From a virus: a DNA stretch of 64,000 bases. Location: IMG/VR virus record IMGVR_UViG_3300045135_000745, positions 15,885-79,884 of that record. One strand, given 5' to 3'. Positions 19,110-27,899 of this stretch are shown in pieces (the first letter of the stretch is position 1; the number at the start of each line of letters is the position of its first letter). Below the pieces are notes generated by a model. That model had not been told where the DNA came from. It saw only the letters and a program-made list of their open reading frames with translations, and did no database searches. Position numbers and translations under genes: made by a program.

Positions 19110-20693
19110 TTAGAATGTGCCGCCATCAATAGTGGCAAGAGCAACTGCACCAGCGGTAACTGTAAACTCATTTGCATCAAAACTTGCAACACCCTTGTTA
19201 GAAGAGCTAGCAAGCTCTGCTGCAAAAGTGATTGTACCAGCGCCATCGTCATATGTAATGTCGAGACCTTCGCCTTCGGCAAAAGTGCTGCTAACAAGGT
19301 GATCTTCAAGAACTTCTTTCCAATCAACCCCAGCAAACTCAAGTGATGTAGAACCTGTCATATTCAGGGTCTTGTTCATCTCCCATTCATCGTTTGCACC
19401 GTTGAATGTAAAGGTAGCTTTCGTGCCTGAGTAAAGCGCTCCACCGATTGTAATACCAGCACCATCCGCTGCGGCAGCGTTACCAGCTGAATCGGCAAGA
19501 ACCATATTTAAATCATTGATGGAAACTGTAGTTGAGTTAACTGTTGTCGTAGTACCTTGTACTGTAAGACTACCACGAATAATAACGTCACCGCCATCAG
19601 AATCAATTGGGTTTGGATCGAGGTAAAGAACGCCAGTTGTAGATGCGACAGTATTATCAAGGATCCTAATATTATCAACATCAATCTGGGTTAAGCCAGC
19701 AATAGTTGTTGATGTTGCACCTAAAGCAATATTAGTAGAACCAATAGTTAAACTGGAGTTAGCGAGTTCAGCGTTAGCAACACCGCCATTTTTAATCGTA
19801 ACTAAACCAGATGAAACCGCAAAGTTATCTGAGCTAAATTGTGCAATACCTTTTGCCGAGGTAGAAGCATTATCACCAGCAACTGTAACAGTATTATCAG
19901 TTACCGTTGTAGTAATACCAGAGCCACCTGTGAAGGTCAGAGTATCCGAAGAGGTAACAGTGTCTGTACCAGTATCACCAGCAATAGCTAAATCCGTGGA
20001 GATCGAAGCTGTGCCCGCTGCTGTTAAACGACCTTGCTGATCAACCGTAAATGTCGGAATAGCAGTTGAAGAACCATAAGACCCAGCAGTTACTGCTGTA
20101 TTATCCAGGTCAATAGTAATAGTGTTATTAGTAACTGTAGTTGTAATACCAGTATCACCGGAGAATGTGACAGTCTCTTGACCGGCAACTGCATCAGGTG
20201 TACCACCATCTGCTGCTAAAGTAAAGATGGTTGAGCCACCAGCAAACTGGTCGTCAACATATTTTTTAGTAGCAGCATCCTGATTTGATGTAGGATCAAC
20301 CACGTTAGTAATTTTAGAAGTAGCAACGTCTACTGCCCCGGAACCATTAGGGCTAAGTACGATATTACCATTCGTATCTGTTGAGCTGATCGTATTACCA
20401 TTCAGATCAAGGTTATCGACTTTTAAGTTATCGATCTTACTTGATGCATCGACGATAATTGCACTGGAGGCTGTAAGCGTACCAGCGACATGATCAAGCA
20501 TATTAGTAAAATATTCACCGCCGACTACGACGATTGATGTTGCGTTACCTGAGCCATCGTCACCCTTACCAAAAAACAGGCGGTCGCCTGAATTGGCCTG
20601 AGTGCCTGTTCCCATTGCATAGGCTATCTCGGCCGTTTTCAGGGAGCCTGGTGCCGAGGTGCCCGTAGATCTTTTGATTCTAATTACGGCCAT
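19110..20693 (-). CDS. Fibre-like virion structural protein (527 aa)
   Basis: IRIKRSTG..AP anchor, DAATKKYVD, AGSYGSSTAIPTFTVDQQGRLTAAG, GSLTVQGTTTTVNSTTV fibre motifs, C-terminal IDGGTF. Confidence 0.8.
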   Translation of the reverse strand: MAVIRIKRSTGTSAPGSLKTAEIAYAMGTGTQANSGDRLFFGKGDDGSGNATSIVVVGGEYFTNMLDHVAGTLTASSAIIVDASSKIDNLKVDNLDLNGNTISSTDTNGNIVLSPNGSGAVDVATSKITNVVDPTSNQDAATKKYVDDQFAGGSTIFTLAADGGTPDAVAGQETVTFSGDTGITTTVTNNTITIDLDNTAVTAGSYGSSTAIPTFTVDQQGRLTAAGTASISTDLAIAGDTGTDTVTSSDTLTFTGGSGITTTVTDNTVTVAGDNASTSAKGIAQFSSDNFAVSSGLVTIKNGGVANAELANSSLTIGSTNIALGATSTTIAGLTQIDVDNIRILDNTVASTTGVLYLDPNPIDSDGGDVIIRGSLTVQGTTTTVNSTTVSINDLNMVLADSAGNAAAADGAGITIGGALYSGTKATFTFNGANDEWEMNKTLNMTGSTSLEFAGVDWKEVLEDHLVSSTFAEGEGLDITYDDGAGTITFAAELASSSNKGVASFDANEFTVTAGAVALATIDGGTF

Positions 20694-20965
20694 TAGAAGT
20701 TGCCTCCGTTAAATGTAGTATTCGTATTTGTTAATTCAACTTTGGATTCAAAGTTTTGTGTTCCATCATTATATACTAGTAACGCGCCATCGGTAACGCC
20801 TGTGATATCGATACCAGCAAGAGAACCGAGTTCAATATCTCCAGAGGTGACTCTTCGCACAATTCTAACCGGCGTACCCACGGTAACTTTTTTAATGGTA
20901 GTTTGACTACCGGTAACAGCTGTACGACTAACACTGCTTTGACCTGTAGTAATTCTAATTGCCAT
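20693..20965 (-). CDS. Small virion structural protein (90 aa)
   Basis: DGALLVYND motif and C-terminal NGGNF; coupled to neighbours. Confidence 0.65.
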   Translation of the reverse strand: MAIRITTGQSSVSRTAVTGSQTTIKKVTVGTPVRIVRRVTSGDIELGSLAGIDITGVTDGALLVYNDGTQNFESKVELTNTNTTFNGGNF

Positions 20966-20967
20966 TC

Positions 20968-21324
20968 TTACCTCGTGACCGACGGTGTTACTTCAAGATT
21001 TCCTTCCAATACTCTTTCAATGATAGTGTTTCCGGCACTATCATTATAAGAGATTTCCACATCATAAACCCAACGTCCAGGCTTCATAGCATCCGTCTGG
21101 GCGTTGGTTAATTCTAAAACTAATTTTCCGAGGGGTCTATTAACTTCTGTAAGGGTAGCAGTGAAATTTACCGTATTATCGCTATCTGCGTTATACGATC
21201 TTTTCGCCTTAGCTGCTGCACTAAAGCCATTCAAATTTTTTACAGATCCATCTTTATCGAGTAGTTCTAACTCGATTGCTACATCGGCGCCTTGGTCGAT
21301 AGTGAATTCTTCGAATTGAGCCAT
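20968..21324 (-). CDS. Virion structural protein (BppU-like N-terminal fold)
   Basis: IDQGAD...LNGFSAAA...LELTNAQT..MKPGRWVYDVEI...RVLEG...VTPSVTR family common in T4-like aquatic phages. Confidence 0.75.
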   Translation of the reverse strand: MAQFEEFTIDQGADVAIELELLDKDGSVKNLNGFSAAAKAKRSYNADSDNTVNFTATLTEVNRPLGKLVLELTNAQTDAMKPGRWVYDVEISYNDSAGNTIIERVLEGNLEVTPSVTR

Positions 21325-21349
21325 AGTATCCTCTTGAATATCTTACCAT

Positions 21350-21357
21350 TATTTATA
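21350..21357 (-). promoter_or_regulatory. Late promoter
   Basis: TATAAATA on the minus strand about 26 nt upstream of the 21324 start. Confidence 0.75.
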
Positions 21358-21386
21358 ATAGTTTTCATTTGAAGATTTAGATATAT

Positions 21387-21422
21387 TAGGGGGATTTACA
21401 AACTAATGTTTATTGGTATAAT
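21387..21422 (+). promoter_or_regulatory. Early-type promoter antisense to the radical SAM operon
   Basis: TAGGGGGA-TTTACA-N16-TATAAT with extended -10 TG; no + strand gene downstream. Confidence 0.5.
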
Positions 21423-21431
21423 AGAATAGGC

Positions 21432-22445
21432 TTATTCGGAGGGGGTTATATAACTATCAAGTAACCAAGTAGAAATCTGATTGTTAATCAGATGATCAAT
21501 CTTATCATAATTGTAGTTTGACCGAGGTAATCTATCTAATTCTTCTTTTAGCGTATTGTAGATCTTTTTCAACTTTTCTAATGATAGATTCCAAATAGCA
21601 CAGTGCTCCGGATATCGAATAGTATTGTACCAAAGCTTGACGTGGTGCTTGTGAGTCCATCTCGCAAACTCTACCATCTCATCCCAATTTTGTCGCATTG
21701 GATTAACCATAATGGAAAGATCCCGGTTACCCTCTTTACAGTACTTATTAAAGATCTCGAAGTTTTTAAATAACATCTGTAGATCGCCGTTAATACGGAT
21801 CTCAGCATAACGTTCAGGAATAAGACTATCAATGGAGATGTTGATATGGATGTTGCACATATCTAGGATTTTCTGAACACGCTTATTATACACTGTGCCA
21901 TTTGTAGCGATATTAACTTTTAATCCTGGATTTAGTTCAGCAACATCTTCACAGATATCAAGAACAATCTTCTGTGCAAATGGTTCACCACCATTGAATC
22001 GTAATTCTTCCAGGTGTGGTATAAACTCTCTTAGCTGCTCACGGAATGATTCATCATAGATCTGTGGTAAAGGCGGTAGCTTATCACGATTCTTACGAAT
22101 GCCAGAAGATAGTACACCAGAACACATAACACATTCTAGGTTACATTGGTTACTCAGTTCCAGTTCCATGAGACTGGGATATTCTTTTACAGTAAACTGA
22201 TCGTAAGCCTTTGCAAGCGGCCAAACGCCATTGTCAATATCTTTCTTACACTCTGCACACTTACCGAGAAACACGTCATTAGCAATATTATCTCTGATTC
22301 GTTGATAGTGCTCGCCAAACCAAATATCACGAATAGATCTTTCTGGTGACCAACGATCAATAGCACCAACAGTAAGCCAGCAAGGTGCAACTGTACCAAA
22401 TACAGTAAAGTACATGTTATTGACTGGTGCTTTACATATAGGCAT
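21432..22445 (-). CDS. Radical SAM enzyme with N-terminal twitch/SPASM domain
   Basis: N-terminal C..P...GTVAPC...CAEC; core CNLECVMC (CxxxCxxC), GGEPF, TNGT, ISIDS. Confidence 0.92.
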   Translation of the reverse strand: MPICKAPVNNMYFTVFGTVAPCWLTVGAIDRWSPERSIRDIWFGEHYQRIRDNIANDVFLGKCAECKKDIDNGVWPLAKAYDQFTVKEYPSLMELELSNQCNLECVMCSGVLSSGIRKNRDKLPPLPQIYDESFREQLREFIPHLEELRFNGGEPFAQKIVLDICEDVAELNPGLKVNIATNGTVYNKRVQKILDMCNIHINISIDSLIPERYAEIRINGDLQMLFKNFEIFNKYCKEGNRDLSIMVNPMRQNWDEMVEFARWTHKHHVKLWYNTIRYPEHCAIWNLSLEKLKKIYNTLKEELDRLPRSNYNYDKIDHLINNQISTWLLDSYITPSE

Positions 22446-23565
22446 AAATTAATTCACTCCATGCAGGATAAACTTCTTTAAAATCCTCTTGTCTGATTTT
22501 ATCTAAGAATTCGGTTTCTTTTATAAAATTTTGATCCCATGATATATCACTCATCATGAAAAGAATGATTGCTTTGAATCTAGGATCTGACCCGTGTTTA
22601 TTTAAGATTTCAATTTTAATCTTGGAATGTAGATTCTTAATACAAAGCCATCCAGGACCATGGAGTATATTGTTTACTGTCAGAATATCATTATCATCTG
22701 CCCAATCGAATAATTCGTGAAGATCCCATATATTATAATTGTTAATTGTTGGATGTAGTTTCAAATCAATATCATCATACGATCTAAGTTTTAAAATATT
22801 TTTTTCAATAGTTTTCCAATTAGCCGCGTGACGTTGATATTCTAATCTTTCTCCTATATCGTCAATACTGACTAATACCTTTACCTCTTTAAACTTTAGT
22901 AAACCATTAATCATGGATTGATTTAAAATGCTACCGTTCGTAGTAATAAGAACTGTAATATTTTTTGCATATTCTGATTGAGAAATTATCTCTATCATTC
23001 TTTTTGATTCAGGACTTACGAATGGTTCACCGCCAGTGAATTCAATCTGTTCTAAATGTGGTAATACTTTATCGAAGAAATACTTTTCGTTTTTAGTACC
23101 AAGAATCTTATTTGACAAATAATAATCTTCATCTTCTCTAACAAATCCGCGGAAAACTTTATCCTCTTTTAGTATTAAACTACTGTAAGAGTAATCACAC
23201 ATTCTACATTTAAAATTACAGACATTACTCAATTTCAAATCAAAAAATTTGGGCGTATCTGCTTCTAATGTATATTTTTTTTCTTCCAAATAAACATCAT
23301 TATAGATTTGTCTTAAACTTCTAAATCCGGCTTTCTCTTCTTCCCAGCAAGATGAACATTCTGCGATCTTTTTATTATCTAAAAATGCTTGCCTGATCTT
23401 CTTGAAATCGTTACCGTTCCAGATCCCTTCATAAGTGTCGTCTTTCAAAGATCCGGTGGGGTAATTGAATTGACTACGCTTTTCTGCAAACTTACAGCAT
23501 GGACGCACCAATCCTTCATTATCAGATGTGATACCAATCCATGGCATTACACAAAAATTATTCAT
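22432..23565 (-). CDS. Radical SAM enzyme with N-terminal twitch/SPASM domain (likely start 23565)
   Basis: FCVMPW...GLVRPCC...CSSCW; core CNFKCRMC, GGEPF, TTNGS, VSIDD. Confidence 0.92.
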   Translation of the reverse strand: MNNFCVMPWIGITSDNEGLVRPCCKFAEKRSQFNYPTGSLKDDTYEGIWNGNDFKKIRQAFLDNKKIAECSSCWEEEKAGFRSLRQIYNDVYLEEKKYTLEADTPKFFDLKLSNVCNFKCRMCDYSYSSLILKEDKVFRGFVREDEDYYLSNKILGTKNEKYFFDKVLPHLEQIEFTGGEPFVSPESKRMIEIISQSEYAKNITVLITTNGSILNQSMINGLLKFKEVKVLVSIDDIGERLEYQRHAANWKTIEKNILKLRSYDDIDLKLHPTINNYNIWDLHELFDWADDNDILTVNNILHGPGWLCIKNLHSKIKIEILNKHGSDPRFKAIILFMMSDISWDQNFIKETEFLDKIRQEDFKEVYPAWSELIYAYM

Positions 23566-23956
23566 CGTTTTTCTTTGTACAGTATTTCTCACATTGTCTT
23601 ATAATCCGGTTAGGACTATCCCAAGATTCTGGCAACGTTTTTGTAAACCATTCACTTCCTATAATTTCCTCTAACCCCACGTTATGGATATTATATTTTT
23701 CTTTATTGGTATAATATTGCATTAGTGTATTATCTGCAAAAGTTTCATGCTGGATGATATTACGATCCCCGATTTGATTGCTGATATTATTTTCTCTTAC
23801 CGGTCTATCTTCTGGCACATCAAGTTTATCGAACATATAAATCACGTTTGCTAAATAACAGCATGGTAATACTTGTCCATCGGGATTAATTAGCAATCTT
23901 TTCGATTCCATCCACTGGCATCTGACGTTCATCTTATTTTCATTCAGTTGCTTCAT
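23558..23956 (-). CDS. Stand-alone SPASM/twitch Fe-S domain protein (likely start 23956)
   Basis: RCQW...INPDGQVLPCCY...LEEII.SEWF..LPESWD...QCEKYC; no radical SAM core. Confidence 0.8.
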   Translation of the reverse strand: MKQLNENKMNVRCQWMESKRLLINPDGQVLPCCYLANVIYMFDKLDVPEDRPVRENNISNQIGDRNIIQHETFADNTLMQYYTNKEKYNIHNVGLEEIIGSEWFTKTLPESWDSPNRIIRQCEKYCTKKNDE

Positions 23957-24377
23957 TTTTTCTCGGCCTGGATTTGTTAGGATGGTAATGTTCCGCATTA
24001 ACCGAACAATATTTTTTACAAAGTCTATGTGTTAGATTTTCATCGTCCCAAGATTCTGGCAATGTCTTAGTAAACCATTCGTGATTTAAAATATCTTCTA
24101 ATGAATTATTGTGAAGATTTAATTTATCTTTATCCTTAAAATATTCTATAGCCAGATATGGATTTCTACTTTTATCGTTTCTAACAGCATCTTTTTTAAA
24201 TTTCCCGCCACCATATACCATTTCATCTGGAAAATCTTTTTCAAGATCCGGACCGAAAAAATTCACCATTGAAAAAGAATTAGCAAGATAGCAACATGGA
24301 TACACTTGACCATCGATGTTTACTAATGCATTATTCTTTGCCATCCATTCACAGCGTATTTTTTGTCGATTCTTCAT
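23940..24377 (-). CDS. Stand-alone SPASM/twitch Fe-S domain protein, paralog of 23558-23956
   Basis: RCEW...VNIDGQVYPCCY...LEDILNHEWFTKTLPESWD...LCKKYC. Confidence 0.8.
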   Translation of the reverse strand: MKNRQKIRCEWMAKNNALVNIDGQVYPCCYLANSFSMVNFFGPDLEKDFPDEMVYGGGKFKKDAVRNDKSRNPYLAIEYFKDKDKLNLHNNSLEDILNHEWFTKTLPESWDDENLTHRLCKKYCSVNAEHYHPNKSRPRKNEATE

Positions 24378-25134
24378 ATATAATCCTCATATGTTCATCG
24401 TCATATAGATGCCAAGTCTTCCAATAGAAATCGCTGTTTTTTAGACTCGTCTTTTCTAAGACCTTTTCCATTCCAGTTTTATCGATGAATTTAAACTGTT
24501 GATTTTTATAGAATCTATTCGATTGAACATAGAAGATATCTTCAGCCCCATAGTCTTTAACCATCTGAGCAATATTGTAAAGATCTTTTTCGTTGTGTTT
24601 AAAAGTTACTGTAAACACCTGACTTAAACCACCTGCTGCTGAGAAGGTTTCCATATTCTCTAATATCAAATCCAAATTAGTATCTTGACGATATAAAGAA
24701 TGCTGGTCCTGTGTAATACCTTCGACTGCCCACATAACGGTAATTCTTTTTTTACCTAATAAACCAAACTCCCACCACCAATCCGGATTTCTAAAACTTC
24801 CGTTTGTATTAACCAATACGTTGGCTGATGAATAATCCATGATATATTTAACAATTTCAAATATATCTTTATTCATAATGGGATCACCCCAAGTACCACA
24901 TATGTCAAAATGGTTAATGTGCTGGAGAGTCTTTCTAGGAAACATCTTCTTAAATTCTTCAAAAGACCATTGCACTAAAGGTAACCAATCTGCTTTAACT
25001 AATCCGTTTGCATTTGTTCTATGACACTGCGGACATTTCGCATTACAATATGTAGAAAGATCCAACCACATCCCCAATTTCTTTTTTTCGTACTGGGTAT
25101 TATAATTTTCAATCTGTGGTAATAAATCTTCCAT
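24349..25134 (-). CDS. Radical SAM core protein lacking an attached SPASM domain (likely start 25134)
   Basis: DLSTYCNAKCPQCHR, CGTWGDP, TNGS, AVEG, FKHNE. Confidence 0.9.
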   Translation of the reverse strand: MEDLLPQIENYNTQYEKKKLGMWLDLSTYCNAKCPQCHRTNANGLVKADWLPLVQWSFEEFKKMFPRKTLQHINHFDICGTWGDPIMNKDIFEIVKYIMDYSSANVLVNTNGSFRNPDWWWEFGLLGKKRITVMWAVEGITQDQHSLYRQDTNLDLILENMETFSAAGGLSQVFTVTFKHNEKDLYNIAQMVKDYGAEDIFYVQSNRFYKNQQFKFIDKTGMEKVLEKTSLKNSDFYWKTWHLYDDEHMRIIYEESTKNTL

Positions 25135-25795
25135 AATCTTTCCATTCATGTGGCTTATTCGTACTTCGAGTAAAGTGAACCATCTTTATATCTTGATGAA
25201 AGTCATTACCGTCGTAAAGTTTGTTCCCGGTAATTTCGAAATATTTATCCTCGATTTTTTGAGTGCTAATATCTGGATCACTTATCCATCGGGTAAACCA
25301 AGCATCTGGCATAAGTGTTACGTCCATTCCGTATAGACTATCCTGGACAAACATGAATTCACCATTCACTGGGCCAATGGTTAAACCAGCTTTAATATAG
25401 TAGTTTGTATAGTATGGAATATCGCTCATAAACTTTTCATAAATGTGTCGAGTTCTACTTGGCCAAAACTTATAAAATCCACCAGCCATTTTAAATGGTG
25501 TTCCATTAAAGTTCCACCAATATGGAATAGAAACAAATTCATTCTTTGCACATGGATAATTAATCACTTCATGGTAGTCGTGAATCAGTAGCTTATCGAT
25601 ATCCATTACAATTACAGGTTCGTCGATATCCATACCGAAGACTTGTAACTTATTCCATTGCAGCGGAACCCACTTATGAAAAGGTTCACGAATCCAATGG
25701 ACGTCGTGACCTTCTAATTTACTGTTAATATAATCTTCATATTCAGGACCGTACTTTGTTCCGATCCTCACACAGAATACTTTCAAAGGAACCAT
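25109..25795 (-). CDS. Putative GT-A glycosyltransferase
   Basis: VFCVRIGTKYGPEY, WNKL, DxD (MDID), C-terminal MVHF...KPH; paralog of 27250-27897. Confidence 0.78.
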   Translation of the reverse strand: MVPLKVFCVRIGTKYGPEYEDYINSKLEGHDVHWIREPFHKWVPLQWNKLQVFGMDIDEPVIVMDIDKLLIHDYHEVINYPCAKNEFVSIPYWWNFNGTPFKMAGGFYKFWPSRTRHIYEKFMSDIPYYTNYYIKAGLTIGPVNGEFMFVQDSLYGMDVTLMPDAWFTRWISDPDISTQKIEDKYFEITGNKLYDGNDFHQDIKMVHFTRSTNKPHEWKDYGRFITTD

Positions 25796-26655
25796 TCCAT
25801 TTTTTTATTAATGCAGTGATATAGCTTTGCGTGCGGATCACAAGCATTTACATTCTTTTTCTTTTCGTCTACAATATAATGCCATGGACCATTTAGATAT
25901 TCAATTGGGATATCTTTCGAATGAACAAGATAAGAGAACAAAGTTTCATTATCATAACCGAATACGCGCCGAATGTTGTATGGGTACATGGAATCTTCGT
26001 CGGTCTTTAGCTCTGTCATAAGATCCAAATTCTCACGGAAGTTCTCGAAGTAACCTAGCTTCTTGATAGTCTCGGATGATGCAACCATAATACCCGTATT
26101 AAACACATCGTTATCTGGTTCATATCCTTCTTCCAATAGCATTGCATGAGCATTCCAATACTTAGTGGAAGGATTACGAATACACGTATTATAGTTTTTA
26201 GGATCTACAGTCTTACCCCAGTGCGCAAGCGCATTCGAGTTCGCGCACCCGAACTTATTCTCAATATCATGAGCTGCAAAGATACAATCAGTGGTATTCG
26301 GTACAACGTCAAAATCCAAATAACATACAGCATCGTACTCGGCTGCCATATTACGCATTGTCCAATGCTTATAAAAGTTCACGATATCGTAATGTGAAAC
26401 CTCTGGATAGTCAGTCTCAAACATTTCTATAAAGTCTTGATATTCTTTATCCCATTCGTATAAACGATAATCAGCACCAATAGCTTTAGCATACTGTTTA
26501 TGACGTTCTATGATCTTATCATAGTTATTTAATAAAGCCAACTTTGTCTGCAGGCTTTTATCTGTCTGAACCTGTACATCGTTTTCAAACCAACCGGGAT
26601 TATCTAACTTATCTTCGGGAATGTCTATGAATACGCTATAAACTATTTTCTTCAT
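25783..26655 (-). CDS. Putative GT-A glycosyltransferase (GT8/GT34-like)
   Basis: YAKAIGADY, FYKH, YLDFDVV (DxD), FNTGIMV, DNET, LYHCINK. Confidence 0.8.
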   Translation of the reverse strand: MKKIVYSVFIDIPEDKLDNPGWFENDVQVQTDKSLQTKLALLNNYDKIIERHKQYAKAIGADYRLYEWDKEYQDFIEMFETDYPEVSHYDIVNFYKHWTMRNMAAEYDAVCYLDFDVVPNTTDCIFAAHDIENKFGCANSNALAHWGKTVDPKNYNTCIRNPSTKYWNAHAMLLEEGYEPDNDVFNTGIMVASSETIKKLGYFENFRENLDLMTELKTDEDSMYPYNIRRVFGYDNETLFSYLVHSKDIPIEYLNGPWHYIVDEKKKNVNACDPHAKLYHCINKKMEWFL

Positions 26656-27275
26656 TTGCCGATTACCATATGTCTATTAAAGTCGCCTAAATTTAATGTG
26701 CCAGTATAAGCAACATAATCTAGATTTAAATCAACAGCAAACAATTCTGCATCTGGCCAACAATTAATATGTGCATCTAAAGCAGTATAGTCATTTGTCT
26801 GAAAACAAATCCACGTGTCTTTCGGCTTATTCTTGATAATGCTTATAAGATCTTCCTGCTCCATATGCTCACAACTTGTATTAATAATAGCCGTGTATGG
26901 AGAGTAATCAGGCTTTTCATTTACATCTAATGTTTCGAATGCAATATCCTGATCATGGAATAGTTCCCAGCCGTAGAAGTCACACATTGGGTCCATATCG
27001 CTAGATGTAATATTCATACTGGCATTCGGCCATAGCTTTCGCAGCTGATAAGCCATCATACCGTACCAACCACCTACTACAAGAAGATTACCATTTGGGT
27101 TGTTATAATGCTTATAGAATTCTTTCGCTAGCCACTCTTTACCTTCCCAGTGATTCTTATCCACTGAGTGCACAAGATCTTTAATACGAAATAGATCGTC
27201 GACCCCGTACATAGATTCATCATAAACTTTTTCGCAGAGCTTAAGAACTCTATTTAAGATCGTCGAGTCCAACAT
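26652..27275 (-). CDS. Class I SAM-dependent methyltransferase
   Basis: KEWL, motif I LLVVGGWYG, SDMDP, INTSCEHM, QTNDY...HINC, RHMVIG. Confidence 0.8.
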   Translation of the reverse strand: MLDSTILNRVLKLCEKVYDESMYGVDDLFRIKDLVHSVDKNHWEGKEWLAKEFYKHYNNPNGNLLVVGGWYGMMAYQLRKLWPNASMNITSSDMDPMCDFYGWELFHDQDIAFETLDVNEKPDYSPYTAIINTSCEHMEQEDLISIIKNKPKDTWICFQTNDYTALDAHINCWPDAELFAVDLNLDYVAYTGTLNLGDFNRHMVIGK

Positions 27276-27897
27276 TAATCTCCTCGAATGTCAATACACA
27301 TGGGTCATAATCTACTTCAGGCTGATACTTCTTGGATTGAATGTATTTTTTATCGAAGACAAAATTATTTACACTAAAATCTTCATGTACCAGATATCGG
27401 TCGATCCCCACATATTTACGCATGAAATAATCACGGAAACCTGACTCGTTAAAGTGTGTCCAGTATTCTTGCATAGCTTCATTTGAAGCGTCCCAAGTCA
27501 TTACTGAGCTGTTAATACGTACATCGTAGTTAGCTAGTCGATCGTATAACTTACCTTGCTTCCAGTGTGAATGCACAAGGGTAAGTTTTTCCCAATCACG
27601 TGGATCATCGTGAATGAGCGGATCCTTTAAAATCTTCACATCTAAGTCAAAGAAATATGTTTTACCTTTAAACGGCATCTCCAGATCAAATAAACGTAGT
27701 TTGTTCCACACGCCTTTTAAAGTTGGCCGCCCCAGAGGCGGTATAATGTTTACCTCAGGGTCAATATCTGTTGGATCGTCGGTATAACAGAAGAATTGGA
27801 ATTCTGCTTTTGTTAATCTTTTAATATCATGATAAAGCTTGTTTACGAAGTCTGCACTATACTTCGGGCCAAACTTCACACAGATCACATTATACAT
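27250..27897 (-). CDS. Putative GT-A glycosyltransferase
   Basis: NVICVKFGPKYSADFVNKLY, FFCYTDDP, WNKLRLF, FFDLDV (DxD), INSSVMTW, GIDRYL. Confidence 0.82.
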   Translation of the reverse strand: MYNVICVKFGPKYSADFVNKLYHDIKRLTKAEFQFFCYTDDPTDIDPEVNIIPPLGRPTLKGVWNKLRLFDLEMPFKGKTYFFDLDVKILKDPLIHDDPRDWEKLTLVHSHWKQGKLYDRLANYDVRINSSVMTWDASNEAMQEYWTHFNESGFRDYFMRKYVGIDRYLVHEDFSVNNFVFDKKYIQSKKYQPEVDYDPCVLTFEEINVGLDDLK

Positions 27898-27899
27898 TA

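Noticed and set aside
21432-25134. RiPP (peptide natural product) cluster
   Set aside because: No short precursor peptide, RRE/PqqD domain, protease or exporter seen nearby; the GT context favours glycan chemistry, though this is not excluded.
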